Shown piece after piece: positions 58,682 to 64,000 of a DNA stretch of 64,000 nucleotides. The position numbers and the translations under genes are program-made. The stretch comes from Candidatus Bathyarchaeota archaeon (GTDB lineage Archaea; Thermoproteota; Bathyarchaeia; TCS64), in contig CAVYLP010000003.1 in NCBI GenBank assembly GCA_963769425.1, positions 160,001 to 224,000 of the forward strand. Reading direction: 5' to 3'. The notes beneath the pieces were generated by a model. It had not been told where the DNA came from, did no database searches, and was given only the letters and a program-made list of their open reading frames with translations. Every line of letters begins with the position of its first letter. Position 1 is the first letter of the stretch.

Positions 58682-59458
58682 ATGTCGAGGACACCAGTTA
58701 GCGTGAAGGCAGAGAGGGCACTGAGAGATATCGGCCTAACCGAGTACGAGACCATGGCGTACCTCTCTCTCGTGAAAGCCGGCGAATTCACCGCCAACGA
58801 CGTGAGCTCCTCAACAACCATTCCCTACTCCAAGGTCTACACGGTACTGGATACACTCGAGAAGAAGGGCTGGGTAGAGGTGAGGGGGGGTCGCCCCAGG
58901 ATGTATTACCCAAGATCGCCGGTCGAGGCTATGAGATCCGAGAAGACGAGGCAGGAGGATAGGTTCGAGAAGAATAGGGAGATGGTCGTATCGGAGCTCC
59001 AGGCCGTCTACGAGCACAGGGAGATCAAGGAGAAGCCAGAGATCTGGATAATACGGGGCGAAGACAACGTCATCTCGAGGATCAGGGAGACCATCACCGG
59101 TGCGAAGAAGGAGCTCATGGTGGCTCTCCCAGTGCTCCCGATGCCATTAGTTATGAAGGTGATCCCGACATTCCAGGCACAGATGGACCGAAAGCTACAG
59201 GTCCAGCTACTGACTACAAGGGAAGCCGAGAAAGCCCTCCCCGACATGCTCGTACACCTGACCGAGGTTAGGACACGAGATGACATGTTCGGGGGAGGGA
59301 TCGTAGCCGATGGACACGAGACCCTGCTCTTCTTAAACCAAGGGATTGAACGAGAGGAGAGCCTGGCGATCTGGTCGGACCACGTTGGGCTCAACATGAT
59401 ATCCAGAGGCTACTTCAAGCACCTCTGGGAGACATCTAGCCCCGTGCAAAGAGACTAG
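58682..59458 (+). CDS. TrmB family transcriptional regulator
   Basis: GLTEYETMAYLSL, IPYSKVYTVLDTLEKKGWV, effector domain ending YFKHLW. Confidence 0.9.
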   Translation: MSRTPVSVKAERALRDIGLTEYETMAYLSLVKAGEFTANDVSSSTTIPYSKVYTVLDTLEKKGWVEVRGGRPRMYYPRSPVEAMRSEKTRQEDRFEKNREMVVSELQAVYEHREIKEKPEIWIIRGEDNVISRIRETITGAKKELMVALPVLPMPLVMKVIPTFQAQMDRKLQVQLLTTREAEKALPDMLVHLTEVRTRDDMFGGGIVADGHETLLFLNQGIEREESLAIWSDHVGLNMISRGYFKHLWETSSPVQRD

Positions 59459-60712
59459 AAAAGGGCATCTACTTTTTTCACGGTCGACTCGGATAACCCT
59501 AGAGTCGTGAGCCCTAAATGATCTGATAGCAAAGATGTCATCCGCCAGCTCCTTCATCGAATCCAATTCCACAGAGTTGATGCCGTCGATTGCCTCCTCC
59601 AAGGTCTTAGGCTTCTCCTGCCTGAGAGTTGATACACCCAACTGCATCATCCTGCTCTCTGAGCTTTCCGAGCGAAGTACGAATAGACCAGTAGTCTTGT
59701 GCTTGATCTTCTGCAGGGTTCTCTCTGATATGTTCCCTTTAAGGGCCTTGAGCTCCCTAAGCTCAATCCTCAGAATCTTCTCCACATACTGATCTTGGGT
59801 ACCGGCGAGTATGGCGAATATCCCGGCATCATTCATGGAGAAGCCTGTGCTGAAAATGGAGTAGACTAGGCCATACTTTTCCCTTATTTCCTGGAAAAGT
59901 TTCGAGCTTGCCCCTACCCCGAGATAGGATGAGATCAAGTTTAGGGCGTCCCGTTGAGGGTCGGCATAAGCTAAACCCTTAGATGTCAGGGCGATCTGCA
60001 CCTGACTCGTTTTACGTTGTACGTGCCGTTTAACAGGTCTGAATGAGGGCTTCTCGCGAGTCTCTACGCCATTGTACCGTTTGCTGAGGGTGAGGTTTTT
60101 CTCAATAATCGCAACAAGTTCCTCATGTTTCAAAGCGCCTGCACCCGTAACTATCATTCTGTCGGGCAGGTAATGCCTCTCGAAATAGGTACGAATCGAG
60201 TCGCTTGTTAGACCGCTTAGAGGAGTCTTCTCCCCAAGTATTGGGTGTGCTGCCTCGTTTTCACCCCAGGCTGACTCGAAGTAGAGATCGTGTATGAGGT
60301 CACCGGGATCATCGTCTCTACTGTCGATCTCGGAGAGGACAACAGTCCGTTCTTTCTCGACATCTTCCTGTCTCAGTAAGGGATTCTGAACTATATCGGA
60401 TAGGACCTCCAATGCGAGTTTGAGGTCCTTCCCCAGCACCTTTGCGTGGAAGCAAGTCATATCCCTGTCGGTGAATGCGTTGAGGTAGCCACCCCGCTCC
60501 TCTATCGCCTTCGATATCTCCTTGGCACTCCTTTTTGAAGTACCCTTGAAGAGCAGGTGCTCTAGGAAGTGTGTGCACCCGTGATACTCTTCACGCTCAT
60601 CCCGAGAGCCTACATTTACCCAAATTCCAACCGATGCCGAGCTGGATTCCTTGATTTCCTCCGTAACTATCTTTAGTCCATTTGATAGGTGTGACTCAGC
60701 AACTTCCCTCAT
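59455..60712 (-). CDS. M16 (pitrilysin) family zinc peptidase, 1-nt frameshift near 59526
   Basis: HFLEHLLFKGT (HxxEH), NAFT, SKLFQEIREKYGLVYS; removing one base gives the C-terminus DHLGLTTLG...DALF and a stop at 59455. Confidence 0.88.
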
Positions 60713-60949
60713 AGATGCATCGCGTTGTCAGTAAGACTCCACTTCATATATTCTTAACCATGAAAATTATTCATGGATTGTTTTCTTGTCTCAGTCTTTT
60801 TCGGTGCTTTTTAATTGACCACTCGGTTCATACTTTGGATGTTAAAAAGGCCATTCAATTAATCGTTTTTTTACTCAGATCTATCAATTCACAGGGGGAT
60901 TCGTGTATGCCTTATGAATAATATACATTCAACAATTGGGACACGAACC

Positions 60950-61672
60950 CTAGCTATCACTCGTTTTCTCCTTCGAAACTATTGCTTCCGCCATCTTCTT
61001 CCCATCGTCGGTAAGTTTGAAGGAAAGGTCCTGTTCGAGGAACCAGCCCATCAACTTGAAGACCCTCGACCTAAACGATGGCGGCTTAACGGTTATCTCG
61101 AAGAGTGGCTTGTCCGAGTGCGCAGCATCAGGCCAGGAATAGACCGCCAGCTTCTCCCGATCAATAGTCAACTCCCGTCTCACATCCTTGTAACCAAGTT
61201 GACCGCCCTTCTCGTAGAGAGTGATCAACAGCTTTGATGTCAAGTATAGATCCTCGATCTCGTGAATTGTACTAGGCGTGAGGTCAGCGAGCGAGGGTAA
61301 AGACAAGTCCTTTTCCGCCATTAAGCTAGGGAGTCTTCCCCCCACTATTAACCCTGTTTCAGTCAGTTTCCAGAGATCGAAAGTATATCTATCCTCGTAG
61401 TCTGATGCTATGGGTTTCCCCCTCTCATTCATCTTCGATATAAGCCCCGCTTCTTGAAGGGAGACTAGCCACCCATTAATCTCCTTCTTGTTTATGAATA
61501 GACCCTCGTCCTCTAGCTTCGTTTCGATGTCATGAGTCGTTATATGAGTGTATTCCTTGTTCTGGTAGAAAAATTCGTAGATTCGACGAGCGTTTCGACT
61601 ATGTAGTGGTTTCAGGACTCCCTCAAATAAGTTGTCTAGTGTATCCTGCGACGCTCCTTTCGTCTCATCCAA
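60950..61672 (-). CDS. Hypothetical protein with probable winged-helix domains
   Basis: KEINGWLVSLQEAGLI...WKLTETG and FKLTDDGKK wing motifs. Confidence 0.6.
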   Translation of the reverse strand: MDETKGASQDTLDNLFEGVLKPLHSRNARRIYEFFYQNKEYTHITTHDIETKLEDEGLFINKKEINGWLVSLQEAGLISKMNERGKPIASDYEDRYTFDLWKLTETGLIVGGRLPSLMAEKDLSLPSLADLTPSTIHEIEDLYLTSKLLITLYEKGGQLGYKDVRRELTIDREKLAVYSWPDAAHSDKPLFEITVKPPSFRSRVFKLMGWFLEQDLSFKLTDDGKKMAEAIVSKEKTSDS

Positions 61673-61783
61673 ATTGCATCAAGACCCTTAGAACAATATT
61701 CAGAAAAAAAAAGAATATTAAACTTGCTATTGATCTGCTGAAAAACGATAAAAAGAAAGAGGCTGTTCTTTAGAGGAATTGCT

Positions 61784-62773
61784 TTGACAGAGTCCAAGGT
61801 CTACGTTACAAGACAACTCTTCAAACCTGCAATAGACTTTTTAAAGAAGAGTAGTTCGGTCGAGGTATTCGAAGGAGACGACGACCCTGTACCAAGAGAA
61901 GTATTGCTAAGAAAAATAGGCGACATCGATGACCTTCTATGCCTAATAACTGAAAGGATTGACCAAGAGATATTTGACATAGGTAAGAAGCTTAAAGTCG
62001 TCAGCAACTACGCCGTTGGTTTCAACAACATCGACGTGAATGAGGCATCGAAACGAGGTATCTACGTCACAAACACCCCCGGGATACTCACTGAGACCAC
62101 GGCGGACTGCGCTTTTGCTCTCATGATGGCGGTATCACGAAGAATCGTCGAAGGCGACAAGAACATACGCGCCAAGAAATGGGTTCACACCTGGGGTCCG
62201 AGGATGTTCATTGGGTCAGACATCCACGGGAAGACGCTCGGTATAGTAGGGCTGGGTCGAATAGGCGTGGCCATGACGAAAAGGGCCAAAGGCTTCGACA
62301 TGAAGGTAATGTACTACGATCCAATCCGCCGAATAGACTTGGAAAAAGAGTACGGCATCACATATGCACCGTTGAATGATCTACTTACACAGGCAGACTT
62401 CGTATCGATCCACGTACCCCTAACCAACGAGACCGTACATCTCATCGGTAAGCAACAATTCAATATTATGAAAAAGACCGCTTACCTCATCAACACATCA
62501 AGGGGACCGGTAGTCGACGAAAAGGCCCTCTACGAGGCGTTAAAGGCGAAGAAGATCGCCGGTGCGGGATTAGACGTATTTGAGAAGGAACCAATAGATC
62601 CAATGAACCCACTCATCGATCTCGATAACATAATCATGACGCCCCATATCGCAAGCGCGAGTATTGACACACGCATGGCCATGGCAATGATGGCCGCCAC
62701 GAATGTTGTCGCGGTCCTTGAGGGAAGAGAACCACCAAACGCAGTCAACCCGGAAATAAAGAAAAAACATTGA
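61784..62773 (+). CDS. gyaR: Glyoxylate reductase (D-2-hydroxyacid dehydrogenase)
   Basis: KVYVTR, NYAVGFNNID, NTPGILTETTAD, GLGRIG, NTSRG, PHIASA. Confidence 0.88.
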   Translation: MTESKVYVTRQLFKPAIDFLKKSSSVEVFEGDDDPVPREVLLRKIGDIDDLLCLITERIDQEIFDIGKKLKVVSNYAVGFNNIDVNEASKRGIYVTNTPGILTETTADCAFALMMAVSRRIVEGDKNIRAKKWVHTWGPRMFIGSDIHGKTLGIVGLGRIGVAMTKRAKGFDMKVMYYDPIRRIDLEKEYGITYAPLNDLLTQADFVSIHVPLTNETVHLIGKQQFNIMKKTAYLINTSRGPVVDEKALYEALKAKKIAGAGLDVFEKEPIDPMNPLIDLDNIIMTPHIASASIDTRMAMAMMAATNVVAVLEGREPPNAVNPEIKKKH

Positions 62774-62829
62774 AAACGAAAATATTGTCCAATTATAACG
62801 AGACATAAAACAGCATTTATCGTATTATT

Positions 62830-63793
62830 TTATAATTCTCCCTTTTGGTGGCGCTCACTCAACACCTCAAACATATCCTTGACCATAGCCTGAAGATTAA
62901 AGGTCGGTCTCCAGCCCCACTCCGCACGGGCAGCAGAATCGTCGAGGCTCATCGGCCAAGAATCCGCAATCGCCTGTCTATAGTCAGGCTTGTACTCGAC
63001 TACAAGATCAGGCATATGCTGCCTTGATTTCGGCTACCAACTGAGTAGGTGAGAAGCTTAAGGCGCCCAGGTTAAAATCGGTGTGATGTTTTAAACGAGA
63101 TAAATCTGCCTCAAGAAGCTCAACAATGCCTTTTAGACAATCAGGCATGTACATCATCGGCAGAATCGAATCAGGCTTCAGGAAGCACGTATATCTCCTG
63201 TTCTTAATAGCCTCGTAGAATATCTCAACGGCGTAGTCCGTCGTGCCACCCCCAGGCGGTGAGACATTACTTATTATCCCGGGGAACCTGACGCCACGAA
63301 CATCGACGCCCCACTTTTGATAATAATAATTCCCCAGAAGCTCACCCGTAACCTTGGTTATCCCATAGATGGTTCTCGGCTTCGTGACCGTCTCCTGCGG
63401 GGTATTCTCCCGAGGGGTCTCAGGGCCGAAGACCGCTATCGAGCTCGGGTTAAATACCCTCATCAGTTTTCGATTCCTCGCCACCTCGAGGACATTATAC
63501 AGTCCATTGATGTTCACGTGCCATGCGACGTTAGGCCTCTGTTCACCCGAAGCCGATAGGAGAGCAGCCAAATGAACTATCGAGTCTATCGCATGCTCTA
63601 CAACAATCTCATCGAGTTTCTTCGCGTCGGTAACGTCAAGTAGCTCGAAGGGTCCGTCATCTTTCATCGGGTTTCGTAGATCGGACGCGATCACATTCTC
63701 CTTCCCGTAGATCTCTCTAAGCCTAGGTGTCAACTCCGAGCCAATCTGACCGGAGGCACCAGTCACGAGAATCCTACGAATATCGCCGCCCAT
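62830..63793 (-). CDS. tdh: L-threonine 3-dehydrogenase (SDR type), 1-nt frameshift near 63021
   Basis: GASGQIG, HLAALLSA, PSSIAVFG, YGITK, PGGGTTDYAV; continues as RQAIADSWP in the next frame. Confidence 0.88.
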
Positions 63794-64000
63794 CAGAAAA
63801 CCCTCAATGATCATCCTCAACTAAATCTAGATAACATCTTCTATCTACCAGAAAACGTAAAAGAACAGGAGCACAGAGTCAAATTAGAGGTTCTATGAGA
63901 GATCCAATCAGGTTCCTATCCGTTGAGTACCAGGAGTTAGTCGATAAGGCCTTGGACTGGAGGCTGAAGACGATTCAAGGCCCCAGCGAACCTGTCGCAA

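Noticed and set aside
31090-63793. Apparent pseudogenes or programmed frameshifts in bshB (~31609), the 31817 gene (~32219), glycerate kinase (~41550), M16 peptidase (~59526) and tdh (~63021); also the gene at 1-266
   Set aside because: Each is repaired by deleting a single base (two in the first gene), with no other decay and no shared slippery motif; most likely sequencing or assembly insertion errors

Overview
A 64-kb chromosomal segment of an anaerobic archaeon. It carries GINS-MCM, aEF-2, prefoldin beta, Rio2, a single-OB SSB, an Lsm protein, tetraether lipid synthase and an intron-containing tRNA-Tyr. The gene inventory is most compatible with Bathyarchaeia, but that assignment is an inference. 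The left third (1-20790, ending at the tRNA-Tyr 3' end) is a patchy accessory region: a corrinoid protein/URO-D-family methyltransferase pair, a pentein hydrolase, AT-rich ORFans, ABC components, a bacterial-type alanine dehydrogenase and an unexplained, helically phased 21/33-bp repeat array at ~10.1-10.4 kb. The right two thirds are mostly core genes. The most striking element is an apparently complete bacillithiol-type thiol system: bshA, bshB and bshC (the last with a probable Zn-ribbon insert), directly preceded by two DinB/YfiT-type thiol S-transferase candidates. Other oddities are three genes whose best start codon is ACG, a threonine synthase-PadR fusion and an EF-2 with a divergent G-domain segment. 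Several genes are broken by single-base insertions that look like sequencing errors rather than pseudogenes. All family assignments come from motif recognition by eye; no database searches were run.
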